From positions 1 through 52,707 of the forward strand of contig JAEOTQ010000088.1 in assembly GCA_016839785.1 (NCBI GenBank): DNA of 52,707 nt, written 5' to 3'. This DNA is from Candidatus Hodarchaeota archaeon (GTDB taxonomy: Archaea; Asgardarchaeota; Heimdallarchaeia; Hodarchaeales; Hodarchaeaceae). A program made the position numbers and the translations under genes. This document shows positions 1 to 9,799 of the stretch, in pieces. The notes below the pieces were generated by a model that did no database searches, was not told the DNA's origin, and saw nothing but the letters and a program-made list of their open reading frames with translations. Every line of letters starts with the position of its first letter. Position 1 is the first letter of the stretch.

Positions 1-106
1 GGTTTTTATAATAGTAGAAGGGCTAGTTACTGAATCAAAGGAGAACTTCGTGTGTATATGAAGATCAGCAATCATACTAGTCATTTATCTCACATATAAA
101 TTGCTT

Positions 107-982
107 TTATTTTCTAGCTTCAATGTAAAACGAGATTTTTGGTTGGGTACAGTCAAAGATATTGGTATTTCTTAAAACTGGTGAGACGCTCTGGCCAAAT
201 CTTGAAGAATAAATATCTTCGAATCCAGTCTTTTTTAACATCTGGGTTGTTTTTTTCTCATTCCACCAATTGATATGATTCCCGGGATTTTTATTCTGGA
301 TATCCAAAGAGCATCGTGAGGTACAATGGGTTAAAGCTTCCTCATATTCAAGCGTAGCAAATAAACCTTCTAGTTCTTTATCACTAATTTTGGGGATAGT
401 TTCGTCCATATGAAGTTCAGATACTTGGGCAGCAAAATGATAAAGAAAAATTTGGTGTAGGGAAGCTTGATTCATTGGTTTTCTTATCTTAATCCTGTTA
501 TAATTTCTAGGTGAGCTATAGGTATCAATCCAATAATAATAGCTAGTATCTCTGTTAATGAAAGCTCTGTAATCTAAATCAATATTCGGTGCAGTAATTC
601 TAAGAATTCCTTCCTTTTTTAAAATCCTGTATACTTCATTAAAGAGATTCTGAGCAGCTTTATCGGTTATATGTTCAATTGTATGACTAGAATACACTAT
701 TTCAGCAGTGTTATCATCTATTGGTAGCTTTTCTAAAGATTGAAGGTCAAAATTTATGAAAATACTTCTTTCCTGCGATTTTGAGTACCAATCTGTTGAG
801 TAATCAACGTTTGTCCAATTGGGATGCCTAAAAGTCCCTGCACCAATATTGTAGAATTTCTTATTTCGAATACTGTCAGCTGAAAATAATTCATTATAGA
901 CCTCCAAATAGGGAAATTTGTTTTCTTGATTTTTTTTCATCCCAAGCTGCTTAAGAATTTTAACCCCGATTTTTTTATACAT
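107..982 (-). CDS. Class I SAM-dependent methyltransferase (Methyltransf_11-like), probably glycan-modifying
   Basis: Motif I YNIGAG, YSSHTIEH, LKKEGILRITAPN. Start placed at the internal ATG (MYKKIG); the ORF track extends to 1027. Lies next to flippase and GT genes. Confidence 0.8.
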   Translation of the reverse strand: MYKKIGVKILKQLGMKKNQENKFPYLEVYNELFSADSIRNKKFYNIGAGTFRHPNWTNVDYSTDWYSKSQERSIFINFDLQSLEKLPIDDNTAEIVYSSHTIEHITDKAAQNLFNEVYRILKKEGILRITAPNIDLDYRAFINRDTSYYYWIDTYSSPRNYNRIKIRKPMNQASLHQIFLYHFAAQVSELHMDETIPKISDKELEGLFATLEYEEALTHCTSRCSLDIQNKNPGNHINWWNEKKTTQMLKKTGFEDIYSSRFGQSVSPVLRNTNIFDCTQPKISFYIEARK

Positions 983-1250
983 GATACGCCGCCTATTAAT
1001 AGATAAATAATTATTTCTTAATATCAATTTATTAAAAATTAATTAGATTCATTCAAAAGAAGAACCAACACCCGGACTCTCTCTCGAGAATAATCTATTT
1101 ATTAAACTCCACTTTTCGGAGCAACTTTTAAATTTTAAAGGAGCTAAATATTGTAAATCACTGATCATAATATTGGATTTCCAGTCTACATACCCAGAAA
1201 TCGTGTTTTATAGCCCTAAAGAGAATAAAAATTTGACTCTCCCTATTGAA

Positions 1251-2771
1251 TTATTTCCTGAAAAGCGTCTGACTTAATGTTTTAATTTCCTCAAATGAAA
1301 CAAGTCGTAAACCAAAGAGAAAGATAGCATACACTAGCAATGATACTATCGAGACAAAGATAACATTCCAAGTGAAAAAATTGAGTAATATAAAAAACAC
1401 AAGAACCGAGAGGCTGGTAGGTATGACAAGGAGAGTCATTTTTTTACCAGAATATTGAGTAGGATATAATTTTTGAGAAAATGGGAAAACAAAAATCCAC
1501 CGTAAGAAATCATGTATTGTAAATGCCAGGGCTACTCCAAGAATTCCATAGATTGATACAAGGAAGACACTTAGGAAGCCTGAAACAACAACAGCAATGA
1601 AATACAATAATGCTATTTTGGTTGTTTCTTTGTAATAGTACGGTGATTGACATGTTGTATTAAGCATCACTCGAAAAAGGTAACCCATTCCAAGGATTAG
1701 AGTACCAAATGTCGTTTCAAATGAAACATAGCTAGAATTGGATAGAAGGTCAATTAAGAGATCTGCATTATACCAAATAAGTAAAATTATTGGAATTAAT
1801 GAAGCAACATATATTCTAGTTACTTTGTTTGTTAGGGATTTGAGTTTTGTATGTTCATTAGAATCAAATAAGTTGAATTGAAGACTTCGGAAAGACAACG
1901 ATGCACTATTAACTACGATGTTCAAAAAACCAGCCACAGACAAGCTAATTACAAATAGAGCAATAGCCTCCTCTCCCATCGAAATATTAAGAAGGTAATA
2001 CTGAAGAAAATTAAAAAAATTTAGGAAAGGGGTTAGAAGAAATGAAGGAGCAGAGAATTTTATAATGAGGCGAAATTGTTCTTTCGAAAATGTTCCTAGT
2101 CCATTATCTAATACGAATTTTATGCAGTATATGCCAAGAAAACCCCCGTAGCTTATTACATAAGCTATTAACAGTTCGTTGACCCCAACAGTCATGAAAA
2201 GCGAAAAAATAACCGCTAAAATCAGATTTGAATAAACAATGATTACATTGAGCAAAATATAAGCAATTGATCGACGTTCGACCTGAACATATCCACTAAT
2301 GAGATTTTGAAGTATAAGAAGGAATCCGAATATCCCAATCAGCCCTGTTGTTAAATTTCCAAATTTGCCATATGTATCAGCATCCAGCGAAGAAAGAATA
2401 ATAAATCCACTGAATGCGAGAATAAAAATCCCAAATCCAACGAAAAATGAAGTGATCATGAGATTGGCAATTTTTTTTCTATTATTTTGCTCTGAATAAA
2501 CTGAAGTATAACGAAAGATCGCATTAACGAGTCCTAAGGTCGAAACACTGCCAATGAACGTCGCTGTTTGAAATAGAAAATTAAAACTTCCAAAATCCTC
2601 CTGGTCCAAATAATTTGAGAAAATTTTGTTAAACAATAGCCCACGAAGCTTGATAAAAATCCAAGAAAGAAGTACAGCACGAAAAAATAGCGAAGCTTGT
2701 TTTTTCTTCGCTGAAAACTTGTGATCTACCGAATCAGTTACTTGAGTTCCAGAATTTGAAACAAGATACAA
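1251..2771 (-). CDS. wzx: Wzx/MOP-family oligosaccharide flippase
   Basis: About 13-14 hydrophobic segments; N-terminal 'IFSNYLDQEDFGSF' and 'LGLVNAIFRY'; C-terminal 'YGILGVALA'; located in a glycan cluster. Confidence 0.8.
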   Translation of the reverse strand: MYLVSNSGTQVTDSVDHKFSAKKKQASLFFRAVLLSWIFIKLRGLLFNKIFSNYLDQEDFGSFNFLFQTATFIGSVSTLGLVNAIFRYTSVYSEQNNRKKIANLMITSFFVGFGIFILAFSGFIILSSLDADTYGKFGNLTTGLIGIFGFLLILQNLISGYVQVERRSIAYILLNVIIVYSNLILAVIFSLFMTVGVNELLIAYVISYGGFLGIYCIKFVLDNGLGTFSKEQFRLIIKFSAPSFLLTPFLNFFNFLQYYLLNISMGEEAIALFVISLSVAGFLNIVVNSASLSFRSLQFNLFDSNEHTKLKSLTNKVTRIYVASLIPIILLIWYNADLLIDLLSNSSYVSFETTFGTLILGMGYLFRVMLNTTCQSPYYYKETTKIALLYFIAVVVSGFLSVFLVSIYGILGVALAFTIHDFLRWIFVFPFSQKLYPTQYSGKKMTLLVIPTSLSVLVFFILLNFFTWNVIFVSIVSLLVYAIFLFGLRLVSFEEIKTLSQTLFRK

Positions 2772-2863
2772 CTCCTTAGGATGAAAACGCTAATTGCCAC
2801 AAATCTATAAATTTAGACGTTTTCATAATTATTCTAGTTGAACATTTATGAAATAACCACATT

Positions 2864-4843
2864 TTATAAAGACCCATCGGACTTTTTATTTAAGGATTCT
2901 TGTATAATACTCCAAATTCGATTTAGAGATTTTAAGTCTAGACCAGCAGCGTATTTATTTTTGATTCTCTCTCTCTGTTCATTAAATGCGTCGTTATCCT
3001 CTTTTTCTAAGATTCTTAGTAGTAATGTCCCAAGATTACTATTATCAGCATTGAAAGATATGTTCGAATCGTAGAAAAAAGAATTAATTATTGAATGTGA
3101 GGCAGTCACCGTTATTGAGGGGATACTCATGATTGCTGCATCAAATACCGTTGTGGAATAAGCTGTGATTAGTACACTTGAAATTGAAAGCATTTCTCCC
3201 AGCGCTTCATCTTTTATTATCCCTATATCGCTTCTATGAGGAGGAATCAAGTGGAAATAATTTTCAATATTATCTACAGGATGCACTTTTATCAATAGAA
3301 AAAAGTCTTTTCTACCTAGATTTAAAAAGGTGTCAATAATTAATTGGTTTACTAGGCTATTCGACCCATCAGGTAGATTCTGCATTGTATATAAAATTAT
3401 TTTACTCTTTTCAGGTAATTTAAGCCGTTTTCTAGTTAAAACAGGATCATATTGAGACTTAAAAACTTCTACTTTTTCCCAAAAAGGACTTCCAACTATT
3501 TCAATTTCATTTGGAGAATAGCTACCATGTTTGAGTAAAACTTCAGAGAAACCTTTCCCATAAAGTAAGGTTTTGTTAGCTCGAGGTGGTAATTCAATAT
3601 CGGCTACTGTTGTTTGTAGTGATTTAATAGCATACCCTCTAGAGTCCTTAGAGATTAATCCATGTTGCATTGCATAACAAGGAATTCCCTTAGACTTAGC
3701 AGCGAAAATTACCGCTCTTTCATGAAGTGAATATTCGTTTATAAGAAAAATGAAACTAGGTCTTTCCTTCAAGACCATTTGTAAGGCGTTATTGATTGTT
3801 AATAAGACAAACGGGATATTTATTCGGAAAAATCGTTGAACGGTGTGTAAAACTTGTTTATGTAAAGATAAGCCTTGATAAATCAATTTTTCAGAAAATG
3901 TATGATTATCGAAGAATTTCAAGATTTGTTTTTCTATTATTTTGCTTGATATAGAATAGGGAAAAGATGAACCAGAAAAATAAGTCTGTAAAAATATTAT
4001 TGGGATTTCCTGTGGTGAATCTTCCATTTCTTTTATTACTCTTGAACTCCTCCCAATTCTACTGACTGTATGCATGTCTATAACTTGAATACTATTTTTC
4101 TTCATTTCATCATAAATCAAGCTGAAGTGGAAATTTTCATTTCTTATACCCTTGGCTGGATCCACTGTAGGTCTCCAATGTGGAGGGTGTGTAAGGAAGA
4201 TACCTTTTTCAAGATTATTATTTAGATATTTCAGGTTATGATCTTTATTCAGTTCCTTTTGTTTGTTTTTACACCATCTTCGGATTCTTCGATAACGAAC
4301 TGGTCTCCAGATATCAGCTATTGCAAGATGTATCAGATTCTTAAGTTCTTGATATCGAGATGGTTTTCCTAGGATTTGTATTGGGATTTGCTTTCTCTGG
4401 CAAATTTCTTTGATAATCTGAATTCTCTCAAGGTTGTCGTCACAAAGAATGACTTTTTTTGGCTCCTCTTCTTCTAAAACCCTATTAATCTCAGAAATTG
4501 TCCTCACTAGTGAACCGAGAAGATTTGATACCTCAATATCGATGTACCACCACAAATTGCCAATATCCGAAGAAAAAACATCAAGAAAAGCATATTTGGT
4601 CCCATCTTTATAATAAACCCAGTTATCCATCCACTCTCGGGTAAACTCTGAATAATTAATTGGGGATGAATAATAATCCCCCAGAATAGAAAATTCAACA
4701 TTTTTTTCCTTTAAAGCTGGTATAATATCATTTGAACAAGAAATTATCTTGATTGACGTATTTTTTAGAGAGATCGAGTTCTGTACCTGTTTAGATGAAA
4801 ATAATAGTATGATAGTATCAATTACATTCATAAAAACGTTCAT
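2864..4843 (-). CDS. GT-B fold surface-carbohydrate biosynthesis protein (CDP-glycerol glycerophosphotransferase/capsule-synthesis-like)
   Basis: Motifs AMQHG, IVGSP, LIKVHP, YSTTVFDAA in the C-terminal half; donor specificity unknown. Confidence 0.6.
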   Translation of the reverse strand: MNVFMNVIDTIILLFSSKQVQNSISLKNTSIKIISCSNDIIPALKEKNVEFSILGDYYSSPINYSEFTREWMDNWVYYKDGTKYAFLDVFSSDIGNLWWYIDIEVSNLLGSLVRTISEINRVLEEEEPKKVILCDDNLERIQIIKEICQRKQIPIQILGKPSRYQELKNLIHLAIADIWRPVRYRRIRRWCKNKQKELNKDHNLKYLNNNLEKGIFLTHPPHWRPTVDPAKGIRNENFHFSLIYDEMKKNSIQVIDMHTVSRIGRSSRVIKEMEDSPQEIPIIFLQTYFSGSSFPYSISSKIIEKQILKFFDNHTFSEKLIYQGLSLHKQVLHTVQRFFRINIPFVLLTINNALQMVLKERPSFIFLINEYSLHERAVIFAAKSKGIPCYAMQHGLISKDSRGYAIKSLQTTVADIELPPRANKTLLYGKGFSEVLLKHGSYSPNEIEIVGSPFWEKVEVFKSQYDPVLTRKRLKLPEKSKIILYTMQNLPDGSNSLVNQLIIDTFLNLGRKDFFLLIKVHPVDNIENYFHLIPPHRSDIGIIKDEALGEMLSISSVLITAYSTTVFDAAIMSIPSITVTASHSIINSFFYDSNISFNADNSNLGTLLLRILEKEDNDAFNEQRERIKNKYAAGLDLKSLNRIWSIIQESLNKKSDGSL

Positions 4844-5104
4844 CTCTCAATTTAAGGCTCGAATCCTAATGAAAACATCTAATCTAGGTGTATATTTTAC
4901 CTTTATGTATTATAAAGAGGATATTCAGGAGCTTCACGTAGATAAGACCAAATAAAAAATCAAAGAAAAACAAGACTTACTAGCTGAAACTTACAAAGAT
5001 CATAAGATTTGTAAGTTTGGTCTTAATGAAATAATCTTTCAGCCCCATTACATTAGATACTAGAATTAACGTTGAAATATAAGTGAAAAGGAAAGGGTTA
5101 ATCA

Positions 5105-5905
5105 CTGAAAATATTAAATATTTGGGAAATAGCAGGGAATGGGAGTATAATATCAGATTTTATTAATAAGAAAGAGGAGAACACTGCCTACGTAATTCAT
5201 AGGGCCAAATACGATCCCTTACATATTGTAAGCAATTATGAGTTCAATGTTGTACCAGACTGTGGAACTATAAAGTACGTCCTCCTTGTAATTAAACATA
5301 TTATCAAATTTAATCCTGATTTGATTCATGTTCGTGCTTGGCATAAAGGTCTAATTCTTGCGAGAATTTTTGCCCCAAGAACTCCGGTAGTATTTCAATA
5401 TCATGGCACAGATATACGAGGAAAAACGATACCAAGATTTGTAAGAAGATTGGCTACAAAAATTCTTGTTAGTACAAAGGATCTATTACAGGATGGAGTC
5501 GAATATTATGGTAGGCCAATCTCTCCTAATTTTAGAGATTTTGGTAATAGAAAATTGGGTACTGCTCTTTATATGAGAACACCCCCCTTCGATAAAGAGA
5601 AAGAAGCACTAGAATTCTCTAGAAAGAGAGGATTGGAGCTAACTATTTTAAATCGCTTACCAGATAGACCACTCAAGTTTATTCCATATAAAGATTTTCC
5701 TGAATATCTTTCTTCCTTTGAGTTCTATCTTGACCTGAAGGGTCTTACGACTCCCGATGTTTTAAGTAAATCTGGTCTTCAGGCAATAGCTTCAGGGTGT
5801 AAAGTATTAGTAGATACTGGGGAAATTCTCGATGATACAGAACAAACGTCAGCTGATGAGTATATAACTTTGTATGAGAAATTGATTAACAGGAGAAAAG
5901 AATAG
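5105..5905 (+). CDS. GT4-like (GT-B) glycosyltransferase with probable CTG start
   Basis: Frame is open 72 codons upstream of the track start (5321) and reads (L/M)KILNIWEIAGNG...FNPDLIHV, a typical GT4 N-terminus. In-frame TAA at 5099-5101. Also QYHGTDIR and LSKSGLQAIASGC. Confidence 0.7.
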   Translation: MKILNIWEIAGNGSIISDFINKKEENTAYVIHRAKYDPLHIVSNYEFNVVPDCGTIKYVLLVIKHIIKFNPDLIHVRAWHKGLILARIFAPRTPVVFQYHGTDIRGKTIPRFVRRLATKILVSTKDLLQDGVEYYGRPISPNFRDFGNRKLGTALYMRTPPFDKEKEALEFSRKRGLELTILNRLPDRPLKFIPYKDFPEYLSSFEFYLDLKGLTTPDVLSKSGLQAIASGCKVLVDTGEILDDTEQTSADEYITLYEKLINRRKE

Positions 5906-5931
5906 TCAAAACAAATCAGCTGGTCGTAGTA

Positions 5932-6834
5932 TTACTTAATCCTTAGTATAGGAAATATTGAAACTACTTTCCTAATCAAATCTCCTAATTGATAGTGAAA
6001 TACAAAATTCCTTGTTGTTTGTTGACGAGTAGAGAGATTATCAAGAGAGCCACTTGTCAGATATCCTGCTATAAATCGTATTCCAGCCCTTACTCCATAG
6101 TTCTGTAAAATAGAAAAACGAACTGCTCTCATTACAACAATAACTGGATTGTAGCCCAATGCTCTCATCATTTTCCCCCAGTGGAAAAAATCAACGGTTC
6201 CTTCAGGTACTCTTGAAAAATCAAAATGAACATCAGGGAAGCTTTTTACGACTAAACCCAATCTTCGACATTCCATGAGACATTGTGATTCAAATCCATA
6301 AGATATTGGAAACTGTTCACCGTACCATTTCCAAAATCTGTAGGGATAGTACCTCCCAGACCCCTGTGCATGGTCTGGATTTATTGGATATTTTGGATTC
6401 ATTCCCGAAGCAACTGCGAGTCGTGGATTTTCTTCAAATTTCTTATTCATCTTTTCAATATATTCGGACTCAAATTGCGTATCCGCTCCAACAGCAAGGA
6501 TAAAATCATATTTATACTTACATGCCTCACGAAATGCCATATTAATCGTAACAGCAAGTAACGGACTGTCAATGAGGCTTTTTCCCCCAATTCGATCCTT
6601 TCTTTCTATCAAGGAAATTGTGAAAGTTTTGGGTTTAAAATTCTTAATGAGTTGGACTGTATTATCTGAAGATCCATCATCAACTATAGCCACAAATTTA
6701 GGAGGACATGTTTGATAATCTAAAGATTCTAACGTCTTTATTATATGGTTTTCTTCATTTCTAGCTGGGATAATAACATTAATGATTTTTCTGCACCTAT
6801 CTTTCGAAGGAGTATCTTCAGATTTGGTATTCAT
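5932..6834 (-). CDS. GT2 family glycosyltransferase
   Basis: VIIPARNEE, VDDGSSDNT, GAD (DxD variant). Confidence 0.85.
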   Translation of the reverse strand: MNTKSEDTPSKDRCRKIINVIIPARNEENHIIKTLESLDYQTCPPKFVAIVDDGSSDNTVQLIKNFKPKTFTISLIERKDRIGGKSLIDSPLLAVTINMAFREACKYKYDFILAVGADTQFESEYIEKMNKKFEENPRLAVASGMNPKYPINPDHAQGSGRYYPYRFWKWYGEQFPISYGFESQCLMECRRLGLVVKSFPDVHFDFSRVPEGTVDFFHWGKMMRALGYNPVIVVMRAVRFSILQNYGVRAGIRFIAGYLTSGSLDNLSTRQQTTRNFVFHYQLGDLIRKVVSIFPILRIK

Positions 6835-7093
6835 GGAATTCTTTCTCCTTTCACTTCAATTCTCCTTAATAATAAGAAATTTAATCAGTAATAAATCCAG
6901 TTGCTCTTGCACACGATGGTGCCTTATTTACTCTTATGATTTAGCGGTTTTATAGGTGAACGCGAAATTTATAAGACTTTATCGCATAGACTATTGATAA
7001 ATACGAATTATTCTGTACACCCTTATTAAAATGCTTGAAACGCTCAACTCTCATTGTTAAGCTATTAAAACTACGTAGGAACGGAAGAAATAA

Positions 7094-7792
7094 ATGGAGA
7101 ATTGTTATAATTTATCTGGAGATGCTTTAACGGTCGGTGAGAACACACAGTTATTTCATGGAACGTATTTAAACGGTAAAATTGTCATTGGATCCAATTC
7201 CCTGATTGGGCCCCTTGTTGTGATTGGATCGCCTCCTCAACATAGAAAATATTATGCAAATGAACTTGAAGACCTTTCTTTATTTATTGAAATTGGGAGT
7301 AATACGGTAATTAGAGAATTTTCTACAGTTCACCAACCAACCGATAATAGAAATACGATTATAGGGGACAACTGCTTTCTGATGGCATACTCTCACATCA
7401 GTCATGATACTCAACTAGGGGATAATATTGTTTTGGCCAACAATGTACAGATTGGGGGACACACTACCATTATGAGTAATGCAAATATCGGGTTGAACGT
7501 ATGTATTCACCAATTTTCGACAATTGGTTCTTTCTCAATGATAGGTATGGGCTCTATAATTTCTAAGGATGTCCCACCTTTTGTCATTTTCTACAACCGA
7601 AAATGCAGAAAAATCAATAAAATAGGATTAGAGAGAACAGGATTTACAGAAGAAGATATTAGTCTGATAGCTGATTACTATTCAAATAATCAAACAATTG
7701 ATTCGTTACCAGCTCATATTAGTAAGATTATAAATGATTTTCATGCCTTTAGAAATCCCCAAAGATCTATTGCAAATATTGAACTTAAATAA
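7094..7792 (+). CDS. lpxA: LpxA-like acyl-ACP:UDP-GlcNAc O-acyltransferase homologue (left-handed beta-helix)
   Basis: Hexapeptide repeats plus LpxA-specific motifs GSPPQHRKY, IREFSTVH, MAYSHISHD, GGH, IHQF, SKDVPPF, INKIGLERTGF. Confidence 0.8.
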   Translation: MENCYNLSGDALTVGENTQLFHGTYLNGKIVIGSNSLIGPLVVIGSPPQHRKYYANELEDLSLFIEIGSNTVIREFSTVHQPTDNRNTIIGDNCFLMAYSHISHDTQLGDNIVLANNVQIGGHTTIMSNANIGLNVCIHQFSTIGSFSMIGMGSIISKDVPPFVIFYNRKCRKINKIGLERTGFTEEDISLIADYYSNNQTIDSLPAHISKIINDFHAFRNPQRSIANIELK

Positions 7793-7859
7793 ATTATTGT
7801 TAAGCAAGAAAATCTCATAGAATGTGTGTTTTTTCACCTATTAAATAATTAAAAGTAAA

Positions 7860-8708
7860 TTGATTACAATGTCCAAGCTTTGTGTGGTTATAAAAGTATA
7901 TAATGAGTTTGAAATGCTTGAAGAATGTATAAAATCCTTAGAAAATCAAACTACACCTCCAGATCAGGTTATTGTCTCTGATGATGGATCACCGAATCCG
8001 AAAGTTAGTGAGGAGATACTTCGCTTATCCAAAGTAAATCCTAATCTTAAAATAAAATTGATACGCCTACCATTAAAGGATAAACCAGATTTAGATACAG
8101 TCGGTAGAACATTTAATGAAGCGTGGTTCTCGGTTAAAGAACAAGATTTTGACTATTTTGCAACTCTTGACGCTGATACAGTCCTTCCTCGAGATTATTA
8201 TAAGAGTTTAGTAGAGGAAATGGAGAAAAATCCAAATTTTGGATGTACATCTGGAGTAATACGAGTTAAAACAGATTCAAGTGATTATATAGAAGATATT
8301 AATATTGGATCCAAAATTGGACGAAAAGATGCACGTGGATCTGGAAAGATTATACGGGTAAGTCTGCTTCAGCAAATTCAAAAAGAAGTTTTCCCTAAAA
8401 TTGATTGGGATACTTGGATAAATACAAAAGCCAAAGTTTTGGGTATGAAATGTCCTCAAATCGATAGTATTCATATGTTTCAAGGCAGACCTACAACAAG
8501 AGTTGCAGGAAAAGATAATTTCAGGAGTGGAAGATTAACATACCACTTTGGGTATAATCCTATTCTCTTATTTCTTAAAATCATATTAGCGAAAAGAAAA
8601 GGTTTAGTGCTTCTTCGAGGGTATCTGAATGCGAGAAAGGCGGATTGGAGATTAGAAGATGCAGAGGTAAGAAAATATTTTGGATGGAAATTCTTTCTTC
8701 ATCTATAA
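7860..8708 (+). CDS. GT2 family glycosyltransferase
   Basis: VVIKVYNE, SDDGS, LDAD; shares GSG and GYNP motifs with 5932..6834. Likely start is ATG 7869. Confidence 0.85.
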   Translation: MITMSKLCVVIKVYNEFEMLEECIKSLENQTTPPDQVIVSDDGSPNPKVSEEILRLSKVNPNLKIKLIRLPLKDKPDLDTVGRTFNEAWFSVKEQDFDYFATLDADTVLPRDYYKSLVEEMEKNPNFGCTSGVIRVKTDSSDYIEDINIGSKIGRKDARGSGKIIRVSLLQQIQKEVFPKIDWDTWINTKAKVLGMKCPQIDSIHMFQGRPTTRVAGKDNFRSGRLTYHFGYNPILLFLKIILAKRKGLVLLRGYLNARKADWRLEDAEVRKYFGWKFFLHL

Positions 8709-9721
8709 GCTTCTTGGAGGGTAAAAGTAACACTTTCTCCTGTAGTAACACTCAATCTTGCAGCTTCAACAATTTTCATTGCATTTATAGCATCATCTAA
8801 TGATACAAGTGGTTTCCCTTCCCCTTTGATACAATCAATAAAGTTCCATACCTCTTGAAGAAGAGGTTCCCCATATACTTTAATTTGTTCTCCACTAGAG
8901 AAGGGAACGCGTATTGCGGAGGATGTGGTTTCTCCTCGTGCGACTTCTAGACTTCGGAGCTCCAGCATCTGAGTGATTAAATCTGCATGCAGGGTTGCTT
9001 TCGAACCTTCTATATCGATTGTTCTGACTTTTCCAGCATATTCTCGACTCATTAAAAATGTGCAATAAAATTCGTTCCTTGTTGAGGCAATAATTGTGGA
9101 ACTTGAATTACTTATGCCATTCACACTAACTGCCGAGGTAAATAGCTTTACTTTAGATTTAGGTAGTAATCGAGAAACAACATCGAAATCATGGACTCCG
9201 TTGTCTTGATAATCATCTCCAAGAATTTTTATACGGTTTTCACCGACAGCGCCCCGACGTTGAAATAATAATGAGCGGATCTCCCCAAGCATCCCTTCAT
9301 TTATTGTTCGGATAATTCTGGAAACTACTGGATTATACACTTCTATATGTCCAACTAGTATTGCAATTTTTCGTAATGAAAGGTGTGATTTTAGAATCTC
9401 CGCCTCTTTACTTGAAGGTGTGACTGGTTTTTCAATCAATAATGCTTTTAGATGAGGAATGGAGTCTATTACGGATTTAGACATATCAAAATGATGTTCT
9501 GTAGGAACTGCAATAACTACTCCATTGGGAGAGCTATTTTCTAACATTGAATCGAGATTAGAGTAATAAGGAACATGAAGATGATCACTTACCCTTTTAG
9601 CAACAATAATATTGGATTCGATTATAGAATCCAGAATACCTAATCTATTTAATAATCGAGCATGTAGAAAGCCGATTCTTCCTACCCCAATAACACATAT
9701 TTTCACTTTAGAGCTGGGCAA
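8699..9721 (-). CDS. Gfo/Idh/MocA NAD-dependent oxidoreductase (nucleotide-sugar dehydrogenase-like)
   Basis: IGVGRIG Rossmann motif, LIEKP, VGHIEVYNP, DNGVHDFD. Confidence 0.85.
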   Translation of the reverse strand: MPSSKVKICVIGVGRIGFLHARLLNRLGILDSIIESNIIVAKRVSDHLHVPYYSNLDSMLENSSPNGVVIAVPTEHHFDMSKSVIDSIPHLKALLIEKPVTPSSKEAEILKSHLSLRKIAILVGHIEVYNPVVSRIIRTINEGMLGEIRSLLFQRRGAVGENRIKILGDDYQDNGVHDFDVVSRLLPKSKVKLFTSAVSVNGISNSSSTIIASTRNEFYCTFLMSREYAGKVRTIDIEGSKATLHADLITQMLELRSLEVARGETTSSAIRVPFSSGEQIKVYGEPLLQEVWNFIDCIKGEGKPLVSLDDAINAMKIVEAARLSVTTGESVTFTLQEAYR

Positions 9722-9799
9722 TGTTCTTCACGTGAAACAAAGGATATTATTTGAAATTAATGATACTCTGATACAATCATTATTTGTCTTTTATTTAAA

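Noticed and set aside
7094-7792. Lipid A pathway or bacterial origin of the contig
   Set aside because: No other lpx or fabZ genes; the surrounding genes (cofC/D, MJ0144-like, PGF-CTERM) are archaeal in character.
8699-8708. 10-bp overlap of convergent genes
   Set aside because: Common in compact archaeal genomes.
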